Source: a virus
Virus record (IMG/VR): IMGVR_UViG_3300035142_000030
Coordinates: 1 to 64,000 of that record
Strand: one strand, 5' to 3'
Length of the DNA stretch: 64,000 nucleotides
The first letter of the stretch is position 1. The number at the start of each line of letters is the position of its first letter. This document shows, piece by piece, positions 39,377-49,226 of this stretch. The position numbers and the translations under genes were made by a program. The notes under the pieces are model-generated. The model was not told the DNA's origin. It saw only the letters and a list, made by a program, of their open reading frames with translations, and ran no database searches.

Positions 39377-39648
39377 GAACTCCAAGAACAGACTTCGAAA
39401 AATTATTATTTGCTCATAATTATATTAAGATACTCAAAAAACAAGTAAAAGATTTAGAGTATAAGGTGTATTGCCTTAGTTATTTAGAGAATGAAAAAGA
39501 AGTTAATATAGAGTCTAATAAGTTTAAAAAATATAATAGGAATCTAATTAAACAGAATAAGGATTTAATAAAAAAGAATAAACAGCAAAAGGATAATATT
39601 AACCAATTGCAAATAGCAATTAATAAATTAAAGAAGGAAAAAGTATGA
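39373..39648 (+). CDS. Coiled-coil hypothetical protein
   Basis: 91 aa, overlapping start and stop. Confidence 0.5.
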   Translation: MRTPRTDFEKLLFAHNYIKILKKQVKDLEYKVYCLSYLENEKEVNIESNKFKKYNRNLIKQNKDLIKKNKQQKDNINQLQIAINKLKKEKV

Positions 39649-39830
39649 AAATAAGCAAAACAATTAAAGAAGGCAAGATAACATCATTCTCTATCACATT
39701 TGAAGATGACGAGGAGGTAGGATGTGCTGAAGATATGACTATATTCTCGGAAAGAGCATTGGTTAATCATTTTGAATATAGAAATAAACTACCAGATATT
39801 GTGTCACGCATTAAAAAGGAACTACAATGA
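39645..39830 (+). CDS. Hypothetical protein
   Basis: 61 aa, ATGA coupling. Confidence 0.5.
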   Translation: MKISKTIKEGKITSFSITFEDDEEVGCAEDMTIFSERALVNHFEYRNKLPDIVSRIKKELQ

Positions 39831-40009
39831 AAGAATATGAGCAATTTTTATTGGATGAATTTAATAATCTTAAAGAAGAATATCCAGCATTAATAAACAC
39901 AGCAAAGGAATACAAAGAAGGATTTAATATAGTCCTTGCAGCAATAGAACGTAGAACAAAAGCACATAAAGCAGTACTTACAAAATGGCTAAAGCAAAAA
40001 CTATCATAG
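39827..40009 (+). CDS. Hypothetical protein
   Basis: 60 aa, ATGA coupling. Confidence 0.5.
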   Translation: MKEYEQFLLDEFNNLKEEYPALINTAKEYKEGFNIVLAAIERRTKAHKAVLTKWLKQKLS

Positions 40010-40452
40010 AAGACCCTAAAATAGATTCTATATGGAAAGTTATAGAATCTACAGTGTTGGGCGCATTGAATAAAGAACCTATGCTATTTGGTTCTCCTAA
40101 ACATATCGTAACAGTAGATATGTTACGCAATAAAGGGCGTAAAAAGGAAATAGTTGTATCTCGACAGTTGTGTTATTATTTTGCTATGTATGTTTTTAAC
40201 GATGTACTAAACGATCAACCGGGACGTAATAAAGTTAATTATATGGCATTAGCATCCAGATACGATCAAGATCATGCTACAGTTATTCATTCAATAGAGA
40301 CTATAAAAAAATATCGTGACACAGAACGTCAAATATTACGTCTTATTCTTTCTTGTATAGACAAAATATTGGGTAAAATTAAAGACGGAAGTATAAGACA
40401 GCCAGCCCATAAATACTACGATTGGTTGTATCCTAAAAGCGAAATATATTAA
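39985..40452 (+). CDS. Stand-alone DnaA C-terminal (domain IV) DNA-binding protein
   Basis: RKKEIVVSRQLCYY and DHATVIHSIETI match the DnaA domain IV signature. Confidence 0.8.
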   Translation: MAKAKTIIEDPKIDSIWKVIESTVLGALNKEPMLFGSPKHIVTVDMLRNKGRKKEIVVSRQLCYYFAMYVFNDVLNDQPGRNKVNYMALASRYDQDHATVIHSIETIKKYRDTERQILRLILSCIDKILGKIKDGSIRQPAHKYYDWLYPKSEIY

Positions 40453-40529
40453 TACATTTGTTTTGTTAAATTATTATTCGTATATTAGCCCCTTTAAAAT
40501 TAACCAAATGTTAAACGAAATTAAAAGTA

Positions 40530-41054
40530 ATGAAATGCGTAATAATAACTTTAATAGTCATTTTTATTAATTTAAGCACATTTAAAGGACTTTATACCCC
40601 GAATCTATCTAACTATGTCACGGAACAAAAAGAGTCGAATATAGAGCGTAAAATACGCTTAAACGAAATTTTAAATCAAAAAGAGTTCTCTGAGCAAGCC
40701 TTAAGAGAACTTTTAGTATTATTAGAAGTACCTGATCCTAAAATTTCTTTTAATCAAGCAAGACTTGAAACAGGAAACTTTACATCAAGAGTTTTTAAAG
40801 AGGGGAATAACTTATTTGGCATGCACATGCCAAGAGTGAGAGACACTTATGCTTTTGAATATATGATAGCTGATAATAATAGAAGGGTAGCAAAGTATAG
40901 AAGTTGGCAATCAGGAGTGCTTGACTATGTACTTCTTATTAAATATTACTCTGATTTGGGGTACGACACTACTTGTTTTTATACATTTTTAATAAATATA
41001 AATTATTGCGAGTTAGGGGGAGGGTATCTAGATATTCTCAAACAAATGACGTAA
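40530..41054 (+). CDS. GH73 glucosaminidase-like muralytic enzyme with N-terminal anchor
   Basis: QARLETGNFTS...NNLFGM...Y..W..GV.DY. Confidence 0.78.
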   Translation: MKCVIITLIVIFINLSTFKGLYTPNLSNYVTEQKESNIERKIRLNEILNQKEFSEQALRELLVLLEVPDPKISFNQARLETGNFTSRVFKEGNNLFGMHMPRVRDTYAFEYMIADNNRRVAKYRSWQSGVLDYVLLIKYYSDLGYDTTCFYTFLININYCELGGGYLDILKQMT

Positions 41055-41065
41055 AAAAGGGAAGA

Positions 41066-41284
41066 CTAATCATCTTCCCTTCCTTTTAATACATTTCGTA
41101 ATACTACGACATCTTCATTCTGTGTAAGCACCTTTCTAATCTTTCTAAAATCACCTGTTTTACTTTTGAAGTTATTGCGCTCTATACATAGCTCTACTGC
41201 TTGAGCTTCTTCTACAGGGTTTAACTTATAACTAAATTCAGGAAAATCTTGCATTACGCTTTCTAATTGTACTGTATCAATCAT
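41066..41284 (-). CDS. Hypothetical protein
   Basis: 72 aa; last gene of the converging minus-strand block. Confidence 0.5.
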   Translation of the reverse strand: MIDTVQLESVMQDFPEFSYKLNPVEEAQAVELCIERNNFKSKTGDFRKIRKVLTQNEDVVVLRNVLKGREDD

Positions 41285-41347
41285 ATATGTTTATAGGTTT
41301 TAAATAAAGTAAAAATGGATTGTAAATATACTTCAAAAAAGGTTACA

Positions 41348-41620
41348 CTATTGCTCTATATTTTCTTCCTTAAAAACAAATAGTTGACCTGATTTTATAT
41401 ATTTAAGCAGATGTTCGTCTGTGGTGTGTTCGGTTATTTCATAAAGCTCATATCTTTTTGAGAGACATCCATAGATAAGATATTTCATTCCTATATTACG
41501 CCTGTGATAGTTCCATTCATTAGGGTCTATGGTTACAAAAGCCCATATACTTTTACATGGGCTTGCGTTGTCTGGTAGTTCATTGTAGAACTCTAATCCT
41601 AGAAAGTCTGTTTTATGCAT
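41348..41620 (-). CDS. Hypothetical protein
   Basis: 90 aa. Confidence 0.5.
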   Translation of the reverse strand: MHKTDFLGLEFYNELPDNASPCKSIWAFVTIDPNEWNYHRRNIGMKYLIYGCLSKRYELYEITEHTTDEHLLKYIKSGQLFVFKEENIEQ

Positions 41621-41666
41621 CTTTATTTCTTATTTCTTTTTATTAAAACGCAATCTTTGTTATCTT

Positions 41667-41945
41667 TCATATCTTAGTATATTTAATTAATTCTTGAGGA
41701 AGTCTATATAGTGTAATAAGAATATCATCATGAAAGAAAAATACATTCTCTCCATATATTCTAGGATTATTACATACTTTATGTATCTTCCATTTTCTGT
41801 TTAAATATTTTGTTAGTTTACTTTTTGTGTCAGCATGAGTCATGCCTTCTTCAAATGCTTTCTTAGCCATTCTTTCTAATGTCTTGTTCTTCCATTTGAA
41901 GCGTTCTTTTGCCTTATCTTTGGCGTGAGATGTTATTTGTATCAT
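41667..41945 (-). CDS. Hypothetical protein (ITSHAKDKAKER, RelE/DUF4258-like N-terminus)
   Basis: Likely start MIQITSHA. Confidence 0.45.
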   Translation of the reverse strand: MIQITSHAKDKAKERFKWKNKTLERMAKKAFEEGMTHADTKSKLTKYLNRKWKIHKVCNNPRIYGENVFFFHDDILITLYRLPQELIKYTKI

Positions 41946-42273
41946 AATATAATTCTTTTTTATCCGATTTCCCTTTAATGGCATATACTACTTGATCTCC
42001 TTTTTGAGTTTTAGGAATAGTGAATTCAGCAATAGCTAAGATAGTAAACTCATCAACTTTTGTAATGGACATTAAATACTCATCTATTTGTTTTATTTCG
42101 TATTCTCTTATTTCTTCCCAATATTTATCTAATACAATTTCTTCATCAAACATAGGAATATTTTCTCCTTTAGGAGTCATCCAGAAGAAACTATTAGGGT
42201 CTAATATGGGCTTTGTATATATCTTAACAACAATATCCCCATCTTTTATTTCATTTCCTTGCCAGTCTTTCAT
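41914..42273 (-). CDS. YopX-like hypothetical protein
   Basis: MKDWQGNEIKDGDIV motif. Confidence 0.45.
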   Translation of the reverse strand: MKDWQGNEIKDGDIVVKIYTKPILDPNSFFWMTPKGENIPMFDEEIVLDKYWEEIREYEIKQIDEYLMSITKVDEFTILAIAEFTIPKTQKGDQVVYAIKGKSDKKELYYDTNNISRQR

Positions 42274-42938
42274 AATATAGCCATTACATCTTTACGTTGA
42301 AAATAAACATATTGATTACCATCTAATCTTAATTGGTATTCAGCTTCTAAAACAGGATAATTTTTAGCTTTAGTAATTACTTTACTTCCTTCAGTAATTA
42401 TAGGATCATCGGTTATGTTGTCATCCTTGTAGGCAGTGTTATGAACTCCTGCTACTTTTATTTCAAATCTATCCTCGTAAAAGGATTCCTTAATCTCCAA
42501 TTCAGATCCCTTTGTTTTAGGTAGTTTTTGAGCCAATACAAAGCCGTTTAACATCTCTGTGGTATCAGTGTCCATATTGGGATTTAATTGCAATATGAGG
42601 CTTCTATATGGTAATACGTAGTATATTATATTATCACATACTACTTTTTCACAGGTTATGCCTTCGAGGTAACCGAAATAAACAATGTTACCTATTCTAG
42701 GGACAGTAGGGTTATGCCAGGGAGTTCCTGCTTCGTCATAAGTAACGCTTTCTGGTAACTTAGTTATATAACCACGCCTTACGCTATGCTCACCAGCGTC
42801 CCAGTCTAATCCATCCTTTGTTTTGCCTAACTTTATTTCTACGTCTCCTATGTTTAGCTTATCAGTATCATCAATGATTTTTACTAAAACATAGTTCTTT
42901 CTTATTTTAGCTTTTTCTATATCTGTTATTTGTATCAT
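42270..42938 (-). CDS. GroES-like protein, probably two tandem domains
   Basis: NYVLVK...IGNIVYF and NGFVL...EGSKVI...QRKDVMAIL. Confidence 0.6.
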   Translation of the reverse strand: MIQITDIEKAKIRKNYVLVKIIDDTDKLNIGDVEIKLGKTKDGLDWDAGEHSVRRGYITKLPESVTYDEAGTPWHNPTVPRIGNIVYFGYLEGITCEKVVCDNIIYYVLPYRSLILQLNPNMDTDTTEMLNGFVLAQKLPKTKGSELEIKESFYEDRFEIKVAGVHNTAYKDDNITDDPIITEGSKVITKAKNYPVLEAEYQLRLDGNQYVYFQRKDVMAIL

Positions 42939-43168
42939 ATTTTAGTTTTTATATATTCTTTAACATCTCGTAAAATAGTTCCATTATGCTTACATACAAT
43001 ATCAGCTATTTGTATATCATGCTCAAGTTCGTCATCATATTGAACATGTTCGATACTGTTATTTAATTGAGCCTCCAATGGATATACTAATAAGGCAGCT
43101 AATAAATCATTGTATTTGCCTAATAGTACCTCCATATACTTTTTATTAAAATATTCTTGTTTTGTCAT
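42935..43168 (-). CDS. Hypothetical protein
   Basis: 77 aa. Confidence 0.5.
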   Translation of the reverse strand: MTKQEYFNKKYMEVLLGKYNDLLAALLVYPLEAQLNNSIEHVQYDDELEHDIQIADIVCKHNGTILRDVKEYIKTKI

Positions 43169-43170
43169 AA

Positions 43171-43401
43171 TTAATATTGTTTTAATGGTTCTTTAGAGTC
43201 TGGCCTTCTCATAAAATTTAAATCGTTTATCAACTCTTTTGGTAAATGATCTAACATATGCATTTCAAAAACATTGTCCTCGATATGTTCAAACCAATAG
43301 GATAAAAATCTATATTTTATTATACCCTCATGCGATATTTTAGTTCCGTGATTGATTAATAAATTCACTACATCTTCAGATAATTTTATTGTATATTTCA
43401 T
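43171..43401 (-). CDS. Hypothetical protein
   Basis: 76 aa. Confidence 0.5.
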   Translation of the reverse strand: MKYTIKLSEDVVNLLINHGTKISHEGIIKYRFLSYWFEHIEDNVFEMHMLDHLPKELINDLNFMRRPDSKEPLKQY

Positions 43402-44336
43402 AACATATTTGAATTAAATTCTTCTGCTCTGCTTTCGAGCCTAAATATACGCATAAAGACACCTAACTCTTTGTATAAATATTCTTTTTTATTAGAGTCA
43501 TTATTTATTACATAATTAAATTCTGTGTCTTTCATGTTAAAGCGTCCTTTGTCCCTATCTACTCTTTCGTCTCCTACAGATTCTCTACGATCAAATTCTC
43601 CTCTGTGTATACGTACACTATATATATCATACACTTCTCCCCATTCTTTTTGTAACATCTCTAATCCATCTTCAGTAATAAGATAAGTATTTATATGACT
43701 CATATCATTAGTTAAAGAACAATAGCTATATTGCTCTTTACCTTTTTCCCCAAAAGTAGTTTCTGCTAATTTTTCTCCTAAAAGATCATTATATTCTTTT
43801 GTAGATAGAAATATATGATCGGTATCTTCTGGATTACGTTGTTTTCTGTTTGTGTAGCTATTAACTAGATTAATATTATAATGATTATATAGATATTTAG
43901 CGGCTAGAGATTTTCCAGCTCCACTCTCACCAATAATACATATAATACAAGGTTTCTCTATAAATTCAAATTGTTTTAATGATGTATTCCAGAGTTGATT
44001 GTTATAATTCTCTAAACCAATCATCTTTTTAAGGGTCACATCATTTAAGCTCTTATCATCTATATACACATCAGCGCTTATCTTTCTTGTGTCCGTACCA
44101 TAACGTTCTATCAATAATGAATCGTTCTCGTTAAAGTAATCGTACTTGATTCCTTCTGCTTCTAACCATATCTTAGCCTGTTCTGCATAATGTAAAGCAC
44201 GACAAGTGTTGATTACAATTGTATGTCCCCTATTATATAAATAGTTAATACAATATTTTGCATTAGGCAATATGTCCCCTATAAAAGGATATTCTTGTTT
44301 ACAAATAGTTCCGTCAAAATCACAAGATATTACCAT
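43398..44336 (-). CDS. HAD phosphatase fused to a guanylate-kinase-like P-loop domain
   Basis: DFDGTI...NTCR...KISADVYIDDK, then IIGESGAGKS and SYTNRKQR. Confidence 0.8.
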   Translation of the reverse strand: MVISCDFDGTICKQEYPFIGDILPNAKYCINYLYNRGHTIVINTCRALHYAEQAKIWLEAEGIKYDYFNENDSLLIERYGTDTRKISADVYIDDKSLNDVTLKKMIGLENYNNQLWNTSLKQFEFIEKPCIICIIGESGAGKSLAAKYLYNHYNINLVNSYTNRKQRNPEDTDHIFLSTKEYNDLLGEKLAETTFGEKGKEQYSYCSLTNDMSHINTYLITEDGLEMLQKEWGEVYDIYSVRIHRGEFDRRESVGDERVDRDKGRFNMKDTEFNYVINNDSNKKEYLYKELGVFMRIFRLESRAEEFNSNML

Positions 44337-44338
44337 AA

Positions 44339-44635
44339 CTATTTTAATTTAGTTTCTAATATTCCTATTAAGTTACGACAATGTATCAGAATACCATCTT
44401 CAGTATCTTTTGCCCCAGATGTTGTAAAAGTTACCACATCTCCGGGTTCAACTTTTTTTTCTGTCCATTCTCCCTTTACAGCTAACTTTAATATAAGTAC
44501 ATATACATCATCTTTTATAGCTAATACAGTACCCTTACGCTCCTTTTTAAGATATTGTTTAGGTATATATATAGAAGAATTATTTTCTTGCTTATTTACT
44601 TTTAATAATACATATTTTCCTGTAGGCTTTATCAT
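44339..44635 (-). CDS. groES: Co-chaperonin GroES
   Basis: MIKPTGKYVLLK...IYIP...GTVLAI...VEPGDVVTF...LIGIL. Confidence 0.75.
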   Translation of the reverse strand: MIKPTGKYVLLKVNKQENNSSIYIPKQYLKKERKGTVLAIKDDVYVLILKLAVKGEWTEKKVEPGDVVTFTTSGAKDTEDGILIHCRNLIGILETKLK

Positions 44636-44786
44636 AATAGTTTTAAATTAAATTCTTTAATAAGCCCCAGAAGTTGCTTATTCTTTTTATACATGATAAT
44701 TATCTTCTCCTGGGGCGTTAGTTCTTTACCTTCTTTAGGTGTATGTTTCTTGTTTTTCATATAAGTCCTCAAAATATATTACCATT

Positions 44787-45149
44787 TTAGAATGGTAAAG
44801 GATCATTATCATTATCTTCCACAGGTGGTATTTCTTCATTAGCAGAAGTTTTATTTGCTTCTACATGTGTTAGACGCCACGCTTGAAGACTATTAAAATA
44901 ACCAACCCTACCATCTTTTTCCCACTTTCTGCCTCTTACATTAAATTCTACTTTAATGCCTTCTCCTACGGAAAAACTATCTAATGCAGATACGTTATTT
45001 TGGGTTATCTCAAACTTAATATAGTCAACAAATTCTTTTTGTCCCACTAGCTCTGTTTTAGTAATTACAAACTCTCTTTTCTTAAATTTGTCAGATATTA
45101 CTATAACATCTGTTTTCATTTCTAATTTTCCTTCAATTGAATAATTCAT
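44787..45149 (-). CDS. DUF3127 family ssDNA-binding protein (start MNYSIEGK)
   Basis: FKKREFVI...IKFE...FNVRGRKW...YFNSLQAW; acidic DPLPF tail. Confidence 0.85.
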   Translation of the reverse strand: MNYSIEGKLEMKTDVIVISDKFKKREFVITKTELVGQKEFVDYIKFEITQNNVSALDSFSVGEGIKVEFNVRGRKWEKDGRVGYFNSLQAWRLTHVEANKTSANEEIPPVEDNDNDPLPF

Positions 45150-45540
45150 TTTTTTCTTTTTTATATTTATAATTAAACCATGCTTCAAATTCTTTTTCTG
45201 AAAACTCTCCACTTAATTCTTTTACGTCTCTATAACATTCTTTTAGCTCTTCTTTTAAAAGTTTTTCAATATCTTCTTCTATTCGATAATACCTTAAAAG
45301 GTCTACTCTATAACCAGTGTTGGATTTCTCCTTGTATTTGTAGAGTATGTTATCAATTTTATCCTCTATCATTAAAATTTTAGATTCTACATCAACAACA
45401 TCAGATATATTTAAATCTTCTGCTTGTGTAGTCATAGGATAAAATTCCCATTTAACTTCAGGGTTAAATTCATTCATTTTGCTTAAGAAGTTATCTAAAG
45501 CAACTTTATTTTCTGGATTTAAGTTTTTTATATTTGCCAT
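45133..45540 (-). CDS. Hypothetical protein
   Basis: 135 aa. Confidence 0.55.
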   Translation of the reverse strand: MANIKNLNPENKVALDNFLSKMNEFNPEVKWEFYPMTTQAEDLNISDVVDVESKILMIEDKIDNILYKYKEKSNTGYRVDLLRYYRIEEDIEKLLKEELKECYRDVKELSGEFSEKEFEAWFNYKYKKEKNELFN

Positions 45541-45603
45541 AATAATAAATTTTTATTGGTTATTAATTCTAATATATATTTGTACTGCTCTCAGCGCAAC
45601 AAT

Positions 45604-45702
45604 TTATAACTACGTATAAATTCAAAAACCATGTGATAAGCTCATAAACTTTAAGATTACTCCGTAATCCAGTTTCTGAACTTATACGTTTGAACGTTAG
45701 GC
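45604..45702. repeat. attC-like site D (left edge of array 2)
   Basis: TTATAAC-T-ACGTATAAATTCAAAAAC / GTTTCTGAACTTATACGT-TTGAAC-GTTAGGC; A/C mismatches become G-T pairs on the minus strand. Confidence 0.8.
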
Positions 45703-46010
45703 TCAATCGCTTGCACTCCTTCCCTCATTTAAAATTGTATCAATTTGTTATTTTAAATGCTAAAATATCAACAGTTAATCGGATTTAATACGGTTAATTG
45801 CTTATATTTAAACAATTTTAAATTCCATCCTTACAACCCTCAAAATGCCAAATATTATTTTGCCTAACAATTTGGAAAATAAGCCTTCACACAAGTCCTT
45901 TAACGTCTCTTCTATCTGTTGCATTTTACCTAATATTACAATGCCTAACTAGTAAATAAAGTCCATAAAAATCAAAACTCTGTGTTTATAAAAAATAAAA
46001 CCACCGCACA

Positions 46011-46307
46011 CTACCAACTGTTATAGAATCTGATTTTATGCACACCTTTAGGTAAATCTTTAATAAATATCTCATATCCAGAAGAAGCATCGTCATCATA
46101 TTCTTTATAATGTTTTCCTGCTTCTAAGTTTATTTCTAATTTTTCATCCAATAAGTATTCTTCTGGATATTCACTGCCAAAATATTCAGCAGTAGCCTTT
46201 GGTAAATCTACATCAGCTTCTAAACAGGCTAATAATACTTTTTTGTGTTTTTGGTAAGTTTCATCCGTATCAGGTATGAATGCTTGTACATGTGTTGACA
46301 TTCCCAT
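46011..46307 (-). CDS. Hypothetical phage protein
   Basis: 98 aa, ends IRFYNSW. Confidence 0.6.
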   Translation of the reverse strand: MGMSTHVQAFIPDTDETYQKHKKVLLACLEADVDLPKATAEYFGSEYPEEYLLDEKLEINLEAGKHYKEYDDDASSGYEIFIKDLPKGVHKIRFYNSW

Positions 46308-46358
46308 CTCTTTTTATTTTTCCGTCAAACATATTTTTAATTTTTCATAACGTTCAAA

Positions 46359-46595
46359 TTAACAACACAAAAATTCAATCGCATCTTGTTCTTTTTTAAA
46401 GGGGCTTTCACATCCTTCAATTAAAAAAGATGATTTATATGGGTAAATAACACCAATAACAGATAAGCATCCTTTATTTGCTACAATTAATTTATTTCCA
46501 CATCTTTTAAATAAGAATTTAGGAAGTTTAATTTCTTCTTCTTCTTCTACATTATTATTTTTAATAAAATCTAATGACAAAATTTCTTCTTTCAT
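46359..46595 (-). CDS. Hypothetical protein
   Basis: 78 aa. Confidence 0.5.
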   Translation of the reverse strand: MKEEILSLDFIKNNNVEEEEEIKLPKFLFKRCGNKLIVANKGCLSVIGVIYPYKSSFLIEGCESPFKKEQDAIEFLCC

Positions 46596-46748
46596 AATAG
46601 TAAGTTTTAAAGTCTAATCAAATGTATGGTAAATATTTTTAATATGCAAATTATATCCCTAAAAAGATTAATATAATTACTACAGATTTAATAAAAAGAA
46701 ATCCTCCTATTATCCAAAGTAGTGCTACTGCTAGTAATTTTAACTTTT

Positions 46749-47051
46749 TCATAGTTTTCTATTTAAAAATGTAAATAATGCTGGTATATTCTCTCTAAAT
46801 ATAGAAGCATTTAACTCAGTACCCTCTATTTCTTCATATAAAGCTGTATAGTCGTCTTTCAATACTTTCATATATATTTGCCCCAAATTAAGACCATTAT
46901 ACTCCTGAGCGAGTATATCTGCCTTTAAAATGAATTGATTAAATTTAACTTGCTTGTCCATAATTCTATGTTTTATGAGTTGTTTTCTTTTTAGTTCTTT
47001 TAGATGTTTATGGTTTAACATCTCTAAGTGATCACATATAAAATCATTCAT
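46749..47051 (-). CDS. Hypothetical protein (start likely MNDFICD or MDKQVKF)
   Basis: The track start overlaps the HNH gene heavily. Confidence 0.4.
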   Translation of the reverse strand: MNDFICDHLEMLNHKHLKELKRKQLIKHRIMDKQVKFNQFILKADILAQEYNGLNLGQIYMKVLKDDYTALYEEIEGTELNASIFRENIPALFTFLNRKL

Positions 47052-47466
47052 TGTTTTTATTAATATCCGATAATTTTTCAAAATAAAAAACTCCATCAAA
47101 AGGTTTATTCTCAGTAATTCCAAAATATTCAGCAACTTTTAATAAATACTTTTTACGCTTAATAGACTTTTCAGTTTTTGGATTTTTAGGTAACTTTCTA
47201 AGTCTTTTATGTAAGCCGCCTAAATACCAAGTTCTGAAAGTTTCTAAATCTAGTGATCCTTTATAATGGTTTATTATTTTTTGAACGGGAAACATATTTT
47301 CAATATTATGCGCTCTTTCATTCATAGCCGTATTAGTCCACCAATTTCTAATTAGTGGTTCAACATGGTCTACTTGCCAATCATCTTCCAGATCAGTTCC
47401 TGAATAGGCACATTTACCATTGAATTTTGGTCTTATAATTTCTCTATTCTTTTTTGAAATGTACAT
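47044..47466 (-). CDS. HNH endonuclease family protein
   Basis: GKCAYSG...WQVDHVEP...NMFP...NHYK. Confidence 0.8.
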   Translation of the reverse strand: MYISKKNREIIRPKFNGKCAYSGTDLEDDWQVDHVEPLIRNWWTNTAMNERAHNIENMFPVQKIINHYKGSLDLETFRTWYLGGLHKRLRKLPKNPKTEKSIKRKKYLLKVAEYFGITENKPFDGVFYFEKLSDINKNNE

Positions 47467-47524
47467 ATATTACAAAGTTTTCGAATGCTATTAATAAGTT
47501 CTATTTGGTAAAGTCTAAGTAAAA

Positions 47525-47770
47525 TCATACAATCATTTTTTCAATAATAAAAAAAGTTTTTCCAAGTATTAAATAAGGAATTTTACCTGATTCAATTCTG
47601 TTTCTAACAGTTTTATCATTTACTTTATATTTTTTCACATATTCTGATATTTCAATTAATTCATATTGATTAAACATAAATACAATTAATTGTAAATATT
47701 CAGAATAATCGAGATGCTTATTTACAATTTTTTGTATATCAAATAGACAATACTTTCTTATATTGTTCAT
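47525..47770 (-). CDS. Small HTH/excisionase-like protein
   Basis: ISEYVKKYKVNDKTVRNRIESGKIP resembles HTH_17. Confidence 0.5.
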   Translation of the reverse strand: MNNIRKYCLFDIQKIVNKHLDYSEYLQLIVFMFNQYELIEISEYVKKYKVNDKTVRNRIESGKIPYLILGKTFFIIEKMIV

Positions 47771-47830
47771 AATATCAATTAGTTAAAATTTATGTTCCAC
47801 CTATCGATTAGTTAGCTGTAATAAAATTTA

Positions 47831-48100
47831 CTATCGTTCTACCCAAAAAGGATATTCCCCTGTATAAACTACTTTATTGCCAGCATTTGGCACGTATTCC
47901 CCTCGCTCGGTTTTCATCCAGTTCATTAGTGGTTCAAATGATGTTTTAGTTTCGTAACCGAAGCATCCATATTTAAACTTTATCTCCTTTTTGAAACCTT
48001 CATTTTCAGTTAAATCTCCAAATGGTGTAACATAAGGGAATACTACCATATCACCCTCGCACACTTCAATTCCGTTTTTATCAAATATATTACTTTTCAT
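47831..48100 (-). CDS. YopX-family cassette protein (start re-called to MKSNIFDKNG)
   Basis: DKNGIEVCEGD motif; the upstream part of the track ORF is attC sequence. Confidence 0.7.
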   Translation of the reverse strand: MKSNIFDKNGIEVCEGDMVVFPYVTPFGDLTENEGFKKEIKFKYGCFGYETKTSFEPLMNWMKTERGEYVPNAGNKVVYTGEYPFWVER

Positions 48101-48118
48101 GCCGTAAATTTTACATAC

Positions 48119-48218
48119 CGCTAACAAGCGGTCATAGTTAATAAAGCCAATTAAGTTTAGTTCGTTGTAGGTTGCGGTAGTGGGTGGCTTTACTAACCAT
48201 ACCGCATCTACGTTACAG
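48119..48218. repeat. attC-like site F
   Basis: CGCTAAC-AA-GCGGTCATAGTTAATAAAGCCA / TGGCTTTACTAACCATACCGC-ATCTAC-GTTACAG, with an extra C in the left arm. Confidence 0.82.
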
Positions 48219-48266
48219 ACAATTGCCCGCACGGCATTCCGCACGGGCTATCGCTCACAACCCACT

Positions 48267-48623
48267 CTAAATTTTGTTTAGAATTTGTTCCAACGCCCAA
48301 TACTCTGGATTTGCAAGAGCAGTAACTACATTATTAATATCACAAATACTAATAATCAGCCAAATACATAAAATGATTGCAAGTATAACAATTGCAATCC
48401 AATGTCCAACTTCAGTATCATTATCATAGCATTTTTGATAATTTTTAGCAAACCATTTTATGTATCGCACATATGGTATAATTAAGAGAAAAGAAATAAT
48501 GATTAAGGTAATTCCCACAAATGCATCAATAGGTGCTTGCTTAATCATAACTCCCCACAAGTATTCGGTCGTTGTACCAAGCTTACTTGCTAAGCTTTCT
48601 AATAATGTTGTTAATTCATTCAT
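48267..48623 (-). CDS. Two-TM cassette protein
   Basis: LASKLGTTTEYLW...NPEYWAL; body ends GTTACAGACAATTG / CAATTGTCTGTAAC. Confidence 0.7.
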   Translation of the reverse strand: MNELTTLLESLASKLGTTTEYLWGVMIKQAPIDAFVGITLIIISFLLIIPYVRYIKWFAKNYQKCYDNDTEVGHWIAIVILAIILCIWLIISICDINNVVTALANPEYWALEQILNKI

Positions 48624-48666
48624 TTTAATATAATTTAGTTAAACAAAATTTTCTAATGTCAATTGT

Positions 48667-48814
48667 CTGTAACAGTCGCCTAAATACAGCATTCGTCGCA
48701 GCTTCGTATCAAATTGGTTCATATCGTATTGAAACCCTAAGGCAACTATCTGTAACTACTAAATACAAGCCAGCGAGACAAGCTCGCCATCGTGTATTTA
48801 GGCGACTGTTAGAT
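48667..48814. repeat. attC-like site G with perfect 19-bp arms
   Basis: TAACAGTCGCCTAAATACA / TGTATTTAGGCGACTGTTA. Confidence 0.8.
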
Positions 48815-49001
48815 TCCATACTCCCACGGCATTCCCACAAACCCCGCTACGCCCCACCGCACAAAAACCATCGTATGAAATCTAATGGTACGGCAAGTAG
48901 TACCACTCGCTCAATACCATTTACGTATCTGAATCTTATTACTTCCTCCAACGTACAGAATCTAACTGTCAAGTCAGAGGAAAGTAATTTTAGAACTCAT
49001 T

Positions 49002-49226
49002 CTAAACAATACGTTTACAGCTTAATTCCCAATGTACTTGTTCGGCAACTTTTAATCTACGAACTGAACTTTTTCCAGTTTCAGGTAATTTGCCTTCATT
49101 TAACCATAATAATATCATTTGTATAAAGTTGCCTGCTGGCAATTCTACTTTTTGACCTTTACCATCTATATAATAAACTGTATCAGTCAATTCGCTGTAA
49201 ACTAATTCTTTTTTTTGCTCAATCAT
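49002..49226 (-). CDS. Hypothetical protein enclosed by an 18-bp inverted repeat
   Basis: 74 aa; arms at 48884-48901 and 49276-49293. Confidence 0.6.
   Translation of the reverse strand: MIEQKKELVYSELTDTVYYIDGKGQKVELPAGNFIQMILLWLNEGKLPETGKSSVRRLKVAEQVHWELSCKRIV

Noticed and set aside
48101-48244. N-terminal extension of track ORF 47831..48244
   Set aside because: It is the attC hairpin; the YopX-like motif begins at 48100
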